Made by a program: the position numbers and the translations under genes. Below are positions 38,779 to 48,834 of a stretch of 64,000 nt of DNA, piece after piece. Below the pieces are notes generated by a model. That model did not search any database and was not told where the DNA came from. It worked only from the letters and a program-made list of their open reading frames with translations. Within the stretch, counting starts at the first letter, position 1. The number at the start of each line of letters is the position of its first letter. This DNA comes from a virus (taxonomy: Duplodnaviria; Caudoviricetes): positions 1 through 64,000 of IMG/VR virus record IMGVR_UViG_3300030330_003269. One strand, 5' to 3'.

Positions 38779-40008
38779 TCAGTTAAATCCTCCAGCCATT
38801 TTATGAATCTCCGACCAATCCATCTCGGCCAATTCATCCATAGTTGGGAGTTTGATTTGGGCTTCTTCTTGAGCCTTAATAATTTGGTTCTTCTCAGCCG
38901 TCAAGGACTTGCGAAGAGAAGCAAATTCATTCTTAAGAGAAGCAATTTCGGAAGCCGCATCATATTGCGACTTTGCGAGGATGTTCTCTCTTTGGGAAGT
39001 TTCAGCCTTAAAGCGAGCCTCAAACTGCTTTTGAAGGTTGTCATAAGCCAACTTCTCCAATTGTTCTTGACGGAAAGCATCGTAAGCCTTCTCAATGTTA
39101 GCAACGCTCAAATCAAGCGTTTCTAACTCATCGTTGTTAAATGCCTTAACAACAGGAAGGTCGCTGGCTCTTGGCTTGCCGTTGTCAATAACGATTCTGT
39201 CGGCAGGTTCACCGATTTCAACGCCAGCACCATCAAGGGTAGAAAGAAGGGCTTTTGCCTCTTCATCACGATACATCTTTTCATCCTCATCCATGAGTTT
39301 TTCGGACATCATCTTTTCATCTTCGTCCTCCATTTTCTCATCCATGAGTTTTTCAGACATCATCTTTTCATCCTCATCTTCCATCTTTTCGTCCATTTCT
39401 TCCTTACGCAGAGTATTAACCTCTGCCATAAGTGCGTCCAGTTCTTCTAAAGCCTTTTCAATTTTGCTCATGTTTTTCACCTTTTTTTCTTGTTTAAGAA
39501 TATCAAACTTTGCTTCGGGGTTAATTCCTTTTTCACAGATAGTAACTTCATGTAATTCAAGTTTGCTAATTTCGTTAAATTCACCTAATTCTGGATTAGT
39601 CTTCTTTGTTTTTTGTAAAGCCTGTCCTCCAATACTAAATGACCTAAGCGAACCTTTTCTAATTCCTCTATTAATTTCCTTTGCTTTTTCAATATCATCT
39701 CTTAATTTGATTACCACAAAGAATCCAACATCATCAACTTCAGTTTTCCACAACTTTCCGTTTTTGTCTCGGTATGATTTTACTACTTCTCCAACTTGAA
39801 CATTTGAATGATTAGTCATTACATTTCTAAACTTGGGGTTTTCCATGTATTTTTCAACTGCTTCCTCCAATGCTTTGAGTGTGATTAAATCATTTTGCTT
39901 ATCAACGATTTCAATGCTTGCATATCCTCCAATCATTAAATCGTCGCTTTTTAGAATCCTGAAATCTTGAGTGTTGTTCATCATCACCGAGGAAGTCATT
40001 CTTCTCAA
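38779..40008 (-). CDS. Prohead protease (HK97/S78-type) fused to scaffold
   Basis: IGGYAS..VDKQND, catalytic H (MTNH), SFSIGG (Ser), LHEVTIC..GINP; acidic coiled-coil C-terminal half. Confidence 0.9.
   Translation of the reverse strand: MRRMTSSVMMNNTQDFRILKSDDLMIGGYASIEIVDKQNDLITLKALEEAVEKYMENPKFRNVMTNHSNVQVGEVVKSYRDKNGKLWKTEVDDVGFFVVIKLRDDIEKAKEINRGIRKGSLRSFSIGGQALQKTKKTNPELGEFNEISKLELHEVTICEKGINPEAKFDILKQEKKVKNMSKIEKALEELDALMAEVNTLRKEEMDEKMEDEDEKMMSEKLMDEKMEDEDEKMMSEKLMDEDEKMYRDEEAKALLSTLDGAGVEIGEPADRIVIDNGKPRASDLPVVKAFNNDELETLDLSVANIEKAYDAFRQEQLEKLAYDNLQKQFEARFKAETSQRENILAKSQYDAASEIASLKNEFASLRKSLTAEKNQIIKAQEEAQIKLPTMDELAEMDWSEIHKMAGGFN
39274..39396 (-). repeat. 51-bp tandem repeat in the scaffold (MDEKMEDEDEKMMSEKL x~2.4)
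   Basis: ctcatccatgagtttttc(g/a)gacatcatcttttcatc at 39286 and 39337. Confidence 0.85.
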
Positions 40009-40028
40009 CCCTTCTTATTCAATTGCAG

Positions 40029-40036
40029 TATATAAA
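40029..40036 (-). promoter_or_regulatory. TATA-box-like late promoter upstream of the protease-capsid operon
   Basis: TTTATATA on the - strand in the ligase/protease gap, about 20-30 nt before the start. Confidence 0.45.
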
Positions 40037-40042
40037 GAACAC

Positions 40043-42565
40043 CTATTCGTTGGTAGGAATGGGCAACTTGTTATACCTATCTTCGTAAATGTTCCACTTT
40101 CCTGTGTCCGAGTCGGTGTCTGCTGGCTTTTGTTTATATCCAGTCCAAGCAAGCCACATTCTTTCTCCTTTAACAGGAATGACTCTAATATGTAATTTAG
40201 TTTCAAACTTATTCCCTTCTAAGAAATATTCATGATAGCCATCTTTTTGAACACCAAGTTTGATTTTACCAGAATCAATGACTTTTCCTCTTTCAACATT
40301 CTTTGAAACTTCTGCTGGATATTTACCAGCCGCTCCGAATAAATCAAAGAGTTCTTCTTCATTCTCTAAATCAATAGTCCAATGCATTACTTCATCTTCA
40401 ACTTTAATGCTCAAGTGAACTCTATTATCCTCTCTAGCATAGATTTTAAAATTACCTTCTTGGTATTCTTTTGGTGTTTTGTATTGTTTTATGATTTCTT
40501 CATTTTGTAAAATTACATCGGGGTCTGCGTGTAGTTTTCCATTAACCATAGAAAGGTGTTCTCTTTCTTGCGCCCAACTGCCTAACTTAGATTGCTTAGA
40601 ATCCAAAATATCTTCATAAGTTTCCTTCATGTTTCTCATTAAGAAATCATGAACATCTTTAACACTTCTATCTCCTTTTTCTTGCAAATAATTAACAATA
40701 GAAACAGTAAGTTTTCCTTGCTTTGTTTTCATAATTTCTTCTGCTTGAGTTTTCCAAAGGTCAATGTCTTGTAAAGCATTCTTTGACATTAGATTATTTT
40801 CTTCAAAACCATAGATAGTAAATCCATTCATGTCATACTTGATAATAGCATTGGCTTCTCCATGAATATGGTCTGTAATTTTAACTCCTTTCGTAAAGGC
40901 TTCAACATCATAGTTTAGAGATTTTTTAGTATCTTGAGATAATAGTTCTAAAGTGACTAGTTTATCTGGGTGTTCAACCTCTGGAACTTCAATTACTTTA
41001 GCAGAGAATAAACTATACCCTTCACCTTTCTTTTTAACTTCATCCACTTTTACTCTAATAATATCCCCAACATCAACAGAAATCTTAGTGTTCAATGCTT
41101 TTCCTACATTTAAATACATTCTTCCTTCAATTTCTTGAAGGTTCTTCATTTCTTCATTAATTGGGCCGATACCTACTGTATAGGAATATAATTTAGATTT
41201 TGTTTTAGATTTGTCTAAAACGATAACATCTAAATCAACAAATTTCTTTAACTTAATCCACTTCGGATTCTTTTTTGTTCCTACATAATAAGTTGAAGTA
41301 GCGTCTTTAATAACTACTCCCTCAGATGTTGGCATTTGCATAATCTGTTCAGCGTATTCTTTTAAGTCCTTTAGACTGTCTGCCTGACGAGTATCTTTCT
41401 TTGAAGGAAAATCAATTGCTTCGGAAGATTTAGAAGAATAGTTATTGAATAGAGTTGTCATTCTCACTTCAAGTTCTTCTTCCATCATATTTTGAGATTC
41501 ATGTCTCATAATATCAAAAACATGACACCTTAGTTTAGCATCTTTATATTTATTTTTAAATACATGAGCGATAGTATCTGCACGATGAAGAGGTTCATCA
41601 CCATCAAACAAGATTAGTTCCGCATCAAGAATACAATCACCATATTCCTTTTTCTTAAGTTCTTCAACCTGTTCTTTACATTTATCAGTAATATCCTTTT
41701 CATTATAAGAAAAGACCTTAATGTTATTATCAATCTTATGTAATTGAACTCTCATGCCATCATATTTTTCTTGAATATACCAATTGCCACTAAATCCTTT
41801 CAATTCATTAATGTCATCAATTTCAAAAATTCTATACATGGGTTTATTTGGAATAATAAAATCACTTTGTGCTTTTTTCTCGGAAGACTTCTTTTCTTCC
41901 TTTTTCATATCAATATCTTTAAGTTCTTCAAATTCTTTTTCTGTGTTTTGAGAAAGCATAATTAATTCTAACATATCCATAGCGGCCTTTACTTTTGATT
42001 CAACCTTCTTTGAGTCTTTTCCATCCCCGTAATGCTCCGTAATGTAGAGGGCCACATCGTCCACTTCTAGGTCAAGTCCTTGAAGACCCGCCGTAATTCG
42101 GTCAGGTTCCATGTCTTTAATGCTCAAAACCTCTTCGGAAAGCGTTTTATTGTCGTCTCTTATAGCATAATGAACAAATTTAACCATTGATTCAGGATTA
42201 GTCATTAATTCTTCCAAGACTCCATCACCAAAGGAAGCGGCGAAGGGGTCGGCCACCAGCGACGAAGTATAGCGAATTAATTTTATTTTCTTGTAAAGTT
42301 CCTTTGCTTGAGGAGATTTAGGGTCTTTTGCTTCCTTAGCATCTAAGTCCTTCTCGTCAATAAAGTTTTTTAATTCTTTTCCAGCAGCATCTAATTCTTC
42401 ATATGATTCCCTAATCATATCAACTGCTTTACGCCAACGACCCCCGTATTCATCGGGGTCTTCATTAGCAGATAAATAAGCAACTCTGGTCTTTTCAAAA
42501 AGACGAAGCAGTTCAACAGAAGGCTGCTTATCTTTCTCAATTGACCCAAGTTTCATTGATACCAC
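40043..42565 (-). CDS. lig: ATP-dependent DNA ligase with N- and C-terminal extensions
   Basis: Motif I EKYDGMR, III ILDAEL, IIIa VFDI, IV EGVVIK, V WIKLK, and an OB domain. Confidence 0.9.
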   Translation of the reverse strand: MVSMKLGSIEKDKQPSVELLRLFEKTRVAYLSANEDPDEYGGRWRKAVDMIRESYEELDAAGKELKNFIDEKDLDAKEAKDPKSPQAKELYKKIKLIRYTSSLVADPFAASFGDGVLEELMTNPESMVKFVHYAIRDDNKTLSEEVLSIKDMEPDRITAGLQGLDLEVDDVALYITEHYGDGKDSKKVESKVKAAMDMLELIMLSQNTEKEFEELKDIDMKKEEKKSSEKKAQSDFIIPNKPMYRIFEIDDINELKGFSGNWYIQEKYDGMRVQLHKIDNNIKVFSYNEKDITDKCKEQVEELKKKEYGDCILDAELILFDGDEPLHRADTIAHVFKNKYKDAKLRCHVFDIMRHESQNMMEEELEVRMTTLFNNYSSKSSEAIDFPSKKDTRQADSLKDLKEYAEQIMQMPTSEGVVIKDATSTYYVGTKKNPKWIKLKKFVDLDVIVLDKSKTKSKLYSYTVGIGPINEEMKNLQEIEGRMYLNVGKALNTKISVDVGDIIRVKVDEVKKKGEGYSLFSAKVIEVPEVEHPDKLVTLELLSQDTKKSLNYDVEAFTKGVKITDHIHGEANAIIKYDMNGFTIYGFEENNLMSKNALQDIDLWKTQAEEIMKTKQGKLTVSIVNYLQEKGDRSVKDVHDFLMRNMKETYEDILDSKQSKLGSWAQEREHLSMVNGKLHADPDVILQNEEIIKQYKTPKEYQEGNFKIYAREDNRVHLSIKVEDEVMHWTIDLENEEELFDLFGAAGKYPAEVSKNVERGKVIDSGKIKLGVQKDGYHEYFLEGNKFETKLHIRVIPVKGERMWLAWTGYKQKPADTDSDTGKWNIYEDRYNKLPIPTNE

Positions 42566-42569
42566 CTAT

Positions 42570-43097
42570 TTAGCGGTATCTATTTGGTGGTCTTAAGACC
42601 GTTCCACCTTCTCCTTGAAATGGAGAAGTAGAAATAAATTGTTCTAACATACCGATTAATTGACTCATTCTGGTAGTAAATCTGTTTTGGTCTACTTTAC
42701 CAGCACGAAGGTCAGCAAGAAGTTTATCCATTTCTTTATTTGTTGCTTCTAAATCAGCCTCAAGGCTTTCCATTCTTCTTTTGTTAGCCTCTGCATCAAG
42801 ATAGGGATTGCTTTCTTCTTTCTTGATTAGATGCTTAATAATAATCATAGCCTTTTTGAATTCTGTCATCTGACCTCCGAGATTATATCCATCTGTGGGT
42901 CTATTATCAGGAATCAGATTCTTAGGTGTTTCAGCGGAAGGTCGCTTAATTTTAACGACTTCACTATCAGCCTCCATTGGACTTCGGTTATTATCCATTA
43001 AAGATTGATAAAGAAGTTCTTTTGCTTCTCTTGCTTTCTCAATCACCATAGATACAATTCTTTCTTCTCTAGTTACTCTTTGAGGCATATTAATCAC
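42570..43097 (-). CDS. Hypothetical protein (head module)
   Basis: ORF coupled to its neighbours. Confidence 0.65.
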   Translation of the reverse strand: MINMPQRVTREERIVSMVIEKAREAKELLYQSLMDNNRSPMEADSEVVKIKRPSAETPKNLIPDNRPTDGYNLGGQMTEFKKAMIIIKHLIKKEESNPYLDAEANKRRMESLEADLEATNKEMDKLLADLRAGKVDQNRFTTRMSQLIGMLEQFISTSPFQGEGGTVLRPPNRYR

Positions 43098-43339
43098 TCC
43101 ATTCCTTTGACCATCTTATGAATGTCAGACCACTCCATGTCTCCGACATTCTTCCCTAATACGGAATCTCCACCAATAACAGATTCCATAACAGGTGTTG
43201 GACTATTTGATACAACAAAACCTGCTTTCATAAGCAGACTGTCTTTAGCATAAATTGTTTTTTCTAATGCTTCAACCTTTGCAGTTAAAGCCTTGATAAT
43301 TTCAAGCATATCTTCATTAATTGAATTTTCTTCACTCAT
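43094..43339 (-). CDS. Small scaffold-like protein with C-terminal WSDIHK motif
   Basis: Coiled coil, then DMEWSDIHKM, matching the scaffold C-terminus EMDWSEIHKM. Confidence 0.7.
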   Translation of the reverse strand: MSEENSINEDMLEIIKALTAKVEALEKTIYAKDSLLMKAGFVVSNSPTPVMESVIGGDSVLGKNVGDMEWSDIHKMVKGME

Positions 43340-43701
43340 TTCTTTTCCTCCTTTTTTCCAGTAGGATAAACCAAATCTCTCAATTGACGGTAGAGTAATT
43401 CATACTCCTTACGAAGTTTCGTAGCGGTGGCGACTATATCAATATTCCTTTCATCCATTGACTTCATTTTCTTATTTAACTTCTTATCTGATTTAATTAA
43501 TTCTAATTCTCTAAGAGTCTCAATAAGTTCACCTAATTTAGTGAAGTCTTGACCAAAAAATTCTGTTGGTTCTGCCGCTTGAAGAGTTTTCTTCAATCTT
43601 TTTCTGCCTTTGGCATCTAAAGAATCAAGAAGTTCTTTTGGCTCTTGTTTCTCAGCCTTTAAGATAAAGCCTTCTCCATCTCCATAGTAGTCCCATGTCA
43701 T
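43336..43701 (-). CDS. Hypothetical helical protein (head module)
   Basis: MTWDYYGDGEGFILKAE... Confidence 0.7.
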   Translation of the reverse strand: MTWDYYGDGEGFILKAEKQEPKELLDSLDAKGRKRLKKTLQAAEPTEFFGQDFTKLGELIETLRELELIKSDKKLNKKMKSMDERNIDIVATATKLRKEYELLYRQLRDLVYPTGKKEEKK

Positions 43702-45713
43702 TCTTCATCACCTTCTGGTTGTCTTTTACTGGGTTTAAACTTAAATCTACCCGAACCTTCTCTTGCTCTTTGTTCTTCTTTGGTTTCAAAGGCTCTCTCT
43801 GGTCTTGGTTTTGGCTTTTCACTACCTCTATCTAATTGAGCAAACTCTTCTCCTGCTTCATTAACAATTTCTTGTAATTCATTTCTTAAGGTGATATATT
43901 CATCTCTTAAATTAGTGAATTCTTCAACATCAGTAAAGCCTAATTCTTCATATCTATCATCAATGGAGAAGGCTTCTTCAATTTGAAGCCCATCTTTTAA
44001 AATTTCTTCGGTTGCTTCTTTGAGGCCCTTTTCATATCCATTAAAGTCTTTAAGTAATTTTTTGCTGAGTTTAGTTAATTTGTCTAGTTTATTATTTCCT
44101 TTAATAAGAATATTTATGGAACTCTTTCCTAATGGGATTAGTTCGCCCTCGCTATCAGTTAATCTTTTCATAAGACTTCCGTAATCTTGAACTAAGTCTT
44201 TAATTGACATTTCAGTAGTGGTTTCTCCATATCCTAATTGATTTAAATTTTTCATAACTTCATTAACCTTGGCCTCAGCAGTTTGAATTTCATCATCAAT
44301 ATCTCCTAAAGTATCTTGCGCTACTTTATCTACAAACTCTGCATATTTTTCAACATCTATATCTCCAGAAAAACGCCCCTCTTCAATACCAATACCAAAT
44401 GATAACTCAATAGTTTCTTTGAGTTGTCTTTTAAGTCTGCCTTGCATTATTTCTCTTCTAGGTCTTTGTAGGTTTTCTCTTTGGTTTTCGTCTGCAAGAC
44501 CTTTTCTGTTTGTAAGCATAACTTTTATTGCTTCTTTGATGGTTTTAACTTTTCTTTTCATCAAAGCACCAGAATCTTCTTTCATATCACTTAAGTCTTC
44601 TATTCTATCTTCAAGGTTTTGTTGGACATCTCTAAATGAACGAATAAATTTTTTCATCTCATCAATATTTTTCTTGGCTCTTTTGAATCCTAATTCTGTT
44701 TTTGGGTCTTTTCCTTTGCTATAACCCATAAGAGCATCCGAGACTTTTTTTTGTTGTTTGCGGTCAATAAAGCGAGCGGCATTTCTATTGAATTTAACTC
44801 TAAACATTTCATTTAATGCCTTTGATAAAGGAACGGGTTCCCCGCCCTCAACAGGATATTCTCTAATATATGATAATAATTCATCTTGTAGTGCAGGAAT
44901 ATCAATAATTTTATTTTTATCTTCAGAATATACATATTCTCCTTTGTCCTTTACCATAGGAACAAATTGTTGTCTTAGAGTTTGCGTTAGTCTTTTTTCT
45001 CCTGTATCAGTAGTTCCTTCATACAGTTTAAAGTTTCTAAGAACATCCGATAAAGACTTAACTAAAGCCTTCTTATCGGTTTCTAATTCACCAACAAGAG
45101 AAATTAGTTCATTACCTACTTTAATTCCTCTTTCTTTGTTAGGCCCAACAAATCTTTCAAACTCTCTCGTTCTAATTTGTTCTCCGCTTTTCATATCTAA
45201 TTTGTCGGTAATTTTCTTCAATGCCGCAGAAAATCCTTGAATTTTTTCAATTTTCTTTTTGGCTTCTTTATTTTTCTTAAAGGTTTCAGCAAGGGATAAT
45301 TTTTTCTGTTTTTCTTTTGCTGCGTCCTTTTCGCCTCGTAATTCTGCTTGGCGTTTATCTTCCTGTTCGGCTAATTCAGAAACACTACTACCTCTATCTC
45401 TTCCAGAAACGGCTTCTTCAACATCTTCCAGTTGTGCGCCTTCATCGGTTCGCTGTTCTTCTGTTCCTCTTGCTCTAACATCTTTTTCGGCTTCAAGTCT
45501 TTCTTTTCTTTGTTCTTCGGTTTCTTCTTCTTCGGCCTTTTGAATATATCTTCTATATTGAACAATGTTTGAAGAGTTCATATTTTTAACAAGAGACATT
45601 TTAATCAAAGTAGCAGAAGAACCTTGATTCACTAACTCTTTTGTTTCTTCATCTAATTCAACGCGCTTTAGCAATCCTGCCAAAGACTTATCCTTAGATA
45701 AATCAAAAATCAT
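43698..45713 (-). CDS. Large charged coiled-coil protein (putative internal virion protein)
   Basis: 671 aa, E/K-rich, between portal and protease. Confidence 0.65.
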   Translation of the reverse strand: MIFDLSKDKSLAGLLKRVELDEETKELVNQGSSATLIKMSLVKNMNSSNIVQYRRYIQKAEEEETEEQRKERLEAEKDVRARGTEEQRTDEGAQLEDVEEAVSGRDRGSSVSELAEQEDKRQAELRGEKDAAKEKQKKLSLAETFKKNKEAKKKIEKIQGFSAALKKITDKLDMKSGEQIRTREFERFVGPNKERGIKVGNELISLVGELETDKKALVKSLSDVLRNFKLYEGTTDTGEKRLTQTLRQQFVPMVKDKGEYVYSEDKNKIIDIPALQDELLSYIREYPVEGGEPVPLSKALNEMFRVKFNRNAARFIDRKQQKKVSDALMGYSKGKDPKTELGFKRAKKNIDEMKKFIRSFRDVQQNLEDRIEDLSDMKEDSGALMKRKVKTIKEAIKVMLTNRKGLADENQRENLQRPRREIMQGRLKRQLKETIELSFGIGIEEGRFSGDIDVEKYAEFVDKVAQDTLGDIDDEIQTAEAKVNEVMKNLNQLGYGETTTEMSIKDLVQDYGSLMKRLTDSEGELIPLGKSSINILIKGNNKLDKLTKLSKKLLKDFNGYEKGLKEATEEILKDGLQIEEAFSIDDRYEELGFTDVEEFTNLRDEYITLRNELQEIVNEAGEEFAQLDRGSEKPKPRPERAFETKEEQRAREGSGRFKFKPSKRQPEGDEE

Positions 45714-45722
45714 TTATTCACC

Positions 45723-45947
45723 TCAAAAAGGAATATTTTCTTTTCTGTTCTTTTGTTTTGGAGGCAAGGTGATAACATCAGGAACATCTGCTGAATGCAG
45801 TTTCTTTTTAACGCTAGTATCTTGGGGAATACCTACACTAAAATCCTTTGTTGGTTTTAATTTTGTGTTGGCATTTGCGTTAATCGCCCTTACTTGAGCA
45901 AGTTCCTTTGCTAACCTTACTTCCTTTTGTTTCATATCTTCTGTCAT
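45723..45947 (-). CDS. Hypothetical protein
   Basis: TAATG-coupled to the portal gene. Confidence 0.6.
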   Translation of the reverse strand: MTEDMKQKEVRLAKELAQVRAINANANTKLKPTKDFSVGIPQDTSVKKKLHSADVPDVITLPPKQKNRKENIPF

Positions 45948-47584
45948 TAACCCACTCTCCTTTCTGTTCTTCGGTCTGTATTTTGGTTTCCCGCATCAAC
46001 GGGTAATCCTGTAAGTCTCTTATCTGGCCCTACGCTCATTGAGGCTTTATTTCTTGTGGCTGGCGGGTTTTCCTGTGGCTTTCCTCCGCCTTGCATGGCC
46101 TGTTCCTGCATTTGTCCCAACTGCGAAGCATCAATGTTTGTTCCAGCATAAGGGTCAGTTTTTGCATCACCTTCGCCTTCTTGCGGCTTGGGTTCTTGGG
46201 GTTCGGGCTTCTTGAAAGTAAATTGTCCATCCTCGTCCATATCAACCTCAAATCCTAAATTCTTCGTTGATGCTGCAATATTGACTTCAATTTCACGCTT
46301 ACGAAGAACAGCAATTTCATCTTCTTCTTCACTTGGGGGTAATTTAAGTTTCCAATCAGTAATACCAAATTGTTTTACAAGGAATGGGAAAACATAATTA
46401 TTATACACAGTTTGCGCCTTTTGAACTGCTCTGTTCGTAACTAAAATCTGCATACCTTCATTGTTTAATCCGCCGCTTGTAGTATTATCAGCCATGAAGA
46501 CTTTGCTTACACCATAAAAAGCAGAAATTCTATCTCTTAAATCATCTTTGACAGAAACATAGTCCATTTCCTTTAGACTATCCATGAACTTAATCCATTC
46601 AACTCCACCCTTTCCTCCTTCTGCTTCAATTCCCATAACAGGAATAAAGTGTGGGTCTGCTTCCATCTTTTCTTTAACAGACCGCCAAAAGGCTCGCATT
46701 GAATCCATATTTCTTGTTTGAACGGCTAAAAGACCTCTCGGCATACGGCTCTTTGTATAAGATGAATTGACATAGTTTTCCATAGCAATAAGAGTCATCA
46801 TAGAATTAAACAAAGTAATGACAGGCGATTGACCATAAAGACGAGAAGGACTATATTTACTAAAATGCAATACCTCTCCCTTCAAAAAGTATTGGTCTGT
46901 TCCATTTGCTCTATTAACATAATGAACAGGATAAACAGCACCACCACAAGTCCCACAACGCTCATGTGGTTCAGTAGTGATAAAATCTCTATGATTAACA
47001 CAGGTGAATCCCTTAGTTCCTCTTTGACCTAATTCATCAGAATAAATAAACATAGTTACTGGGTCGCCACGATAAAGTTCTTTAATGCGATGCATTCTAA
47101 TTTTTTGATTACCGTCAATAAAATATTCTTTAACAAGGACAATATAAGCATCATCCATAATATTCAAATCGTCTTCTAATTCTTGAAGAACATCAATAAA
47201 TAACTGCTCTGACTTATTAACATATCCTTCAATAAATTTTTCAGCATATTCTAATTGTTTTGCATCGGGAATATCTAATTCCAAATGACCACAACGAGCG
47301 CATTCTTGAACAGGTCTTTGATGTTCTTTACCGCAGTTCTTACATTTTGCTTCGTATGCCTTTTCCCAGACATATCCTCTTCGGAAAACTTCTTGCTTTA
47401 ATTGAGTAATGCAAGTTCTCCCAATAACTGATTGATTAATGATGTTATACAACAAAGGGCCAGTCATCATATGACGATTTTCTCTTTCTTGAATACCCAT
47501 GTTATATACGGTTCTATCCGCAGGTTTGGGAGTTTGTCTCCTAAACAGGTTTGTAAAACTGAATCTTCTTTTTTCATCAGCCAT
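45947..47584 (-). CDS. Portal protein with zinc-ribbon insertions
   Basis: EVLHF..YSP.RLYGQSP, PRGLL, EMDY...RDRISAFYGV (HK97-type portal); CKNC/CARC and C..H/CGTC inserts. Confidence 0.88.
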   Translation of the reverse strand: MADEKRRFSFTNLFRRQTPKPADRTVYNMGIQERENRHMMTGPLLYNIINQSVIGRTCITQLKQEVFRRGYVWEKAYEAKCKNCGKEHQRPVQECARCGHLELDIPDAKQLEYAEKFIEGYVNKSEQLFIDVLQELEDDLNIMDDAYIVLVKEYFIDGNQKIRMHRIKELYRGDPVTMFIYSDELGQRGTKGFTCVNHRDFITTEPHERCGTCGGAVYPVHYVNRANGTDQYFLKGEVLHFSKYSPSRLYGQSPVITLFNSMMTLIAMENYVNSSYTKSRMPRGLLAVQTRNMDSMRAFWRSVKEKMEADPHFIPVMGIEAEGGKGGVEWIKFMDSLKEMDYVSVKDDLRDRISAFYGVSKVFMADNTTSGGLNNEGMQILVTNRAVQKAQTVYNNYVFPFLVKQFGITDWKLKLPPSEEEDEIAVLRKREIEVNIAASTKNLGFEVDMDEDGQFTFKKPEPQEPKPQEGEGDAKTDPYAGTNIDASQLGQMQEQAMQGGGKPQENPPATRNKASMSVGPDKRLTGLPVDAGNQNTDRRTERRVG

Positions 47585-47637
47585 AGATTACACCCCCTGT
47601 TTCATTCCTACGGTTCGCTTACCTATCAACGCTTCGG

Positions 47638-47871
47638 TCAAGGGCTTCCGCTATCTTCAATATCATACCTTGCATTACTTGAACGAAGCATTTCTTCTAA
47701 GATGCCTCTTACTGCTTGAACTCTCCTTTCAGGAGAAGCCTTCCCAATGTCTAAATAATACTTAACCATTCTTTTATTAATATCAGCAAGATTACTAAAT
47801 TTAACATATTTTGTTCTATCTCTTGGCAAAACATCGGTGAGGATGCCTTTAGTAAAATCTTTCCATTTCAT
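47638..47871 (-). CDS. Hypothetical protein (variant W tag)
   Basis: Starts MKWKDFTK. Confidence 0.55.
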   Translation of the reverse strand: MKWKDFTKGILTDVLPRDRTKYVKFSNLADINKRMVKYYLDIGKASPERRVQAVRGILEEMLRSSNARYDIEDSGSP

Positions 47872-48209
47872 TTGCTCATCCTCTCCGTTTTTCTTTTGCT
47901 GGATTTTTTTCTAGCCAATGCTACCTTATGTGCAGCATTTAATCTTCTTTTTGTTTCGGGGTCTTTTGCTCTTTTAGCCGCTACTCTTGCTCTTTGTTCA
48001 ACTAAATTAATAATTTGAGATTGTCTCTTATGTGGCTTTGATTTGAATGATGAACTTGAAAATGTTTCTCTTACATCTTTTGCTGTTTTAAACTTGACAG
48101 GAACAGTATCTTTTGGATTTTCATCTGTATATAATCTTCTTGCTGAACCTTTGGGCTTCTTTCCCGTTCCTTTTTTTGGGTCTTTCTTTAAAACATTAAT
48201 CCAATTCAA
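47868..48209 (-). CDS. WxxVLK-tagged basic protein
   Basis: MNWINVLK, then DPKKGTGKKPKGSARRLYTDENP. Confidence 0.75.
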   Translation of the reverse strand: MNWINVLKKDPKKGTGKKPKGSARRLYTDENPKDTVPVKFKTAKDVRETFSSSSFKSKPHKRQSQIINLVEQRARVAAKRAKDPETKRRLNAAHKVALARKKSSKRKTERMSK

Positions 48210-48481
48210 GGTGAACCCTTCCTTCGTTTATATGTTTTACAAGCAGCACAAGTTGGCCTACATCTTCTTTTTGTTCCTTTAGAAGCATCTTTTCTTCCAC
48301 ATGGTTTAGGGCCGCCTTTTTGATTACAGGTTCCGCAAGCAATCCATCCTCCTTGCGTTTTCCCTCCTTTAGATTCTTTTCCCCCTCTTCTTGAGAACCA
48401 ACCGTGAAGTCCTTCACTTTTTTCTCTTTTAAAATTGTCTCCTTTCTTTTGGAGGATTTCTTCCCAAGACACAATAATCAC
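48206..48481 (-). CDS. Tagged basic Cys-rich protein
   Basis: SWEEILQK, then EGLHGWF...GGWIAC...KPCGR...C. Confidence 0.7.
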   Translation of the reverse strand: MIIVSWEEILQKKGDNFKREKSEGLHGWFSRRGGKESKGGKTQGGWIACGTCNQKGGPKPCGRKDASKGTKRRCRPTCAACKTYKRRKGSP

Positions 48482-48834
48482 TTCTTTTTAGATTTGTTTC
48501 CCCAATTCTTTGCGCCTACTTTACGACAACGGACTAAAGCACCCGAAGCATAAGCAGAAGGCCATTTCTTATAACGACTACGAACTTTGTGATAACAAGC
48601 GTCTTTTTCTTTCTTTAATTCTTCAAACCAAAGGCCTTTACGAATTTCTGCCTTTCCTGTGGCTAGTTTTTTCTTGCCGCCCGCTTTTCTTGCTCTATTC
48701 ATTTCTTTCGCCGCCTTCTTTGCCTTTTCTTTTGTTGAGAAACCACCATGTTTTTTACCATCAAAAAAGAAATGATATTCATTACCTGTTGAATAGACCT
48801 TCACTTCCTTCTCAATTTTCATTAACAATTCCAC
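48478..48834 (-). CDS. Two-domain basic protein with internal tag
   Basis: Internal LWFEELK precedes DACYHKVRSRYKKWPSAYASGALVRCRK. Confidence 0.7.
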   Translation of the reverse strand: MELLMKIEKEVKVYSTGNEYHFFFDGKKHGGFSTKEKAKKAAKEMNRARKAGGKKKLATGKAEIRKGLWFEELKKEKDACYHKVRSRYKKWPSAYASGALVRCRKVGAKNWGNKSKKK

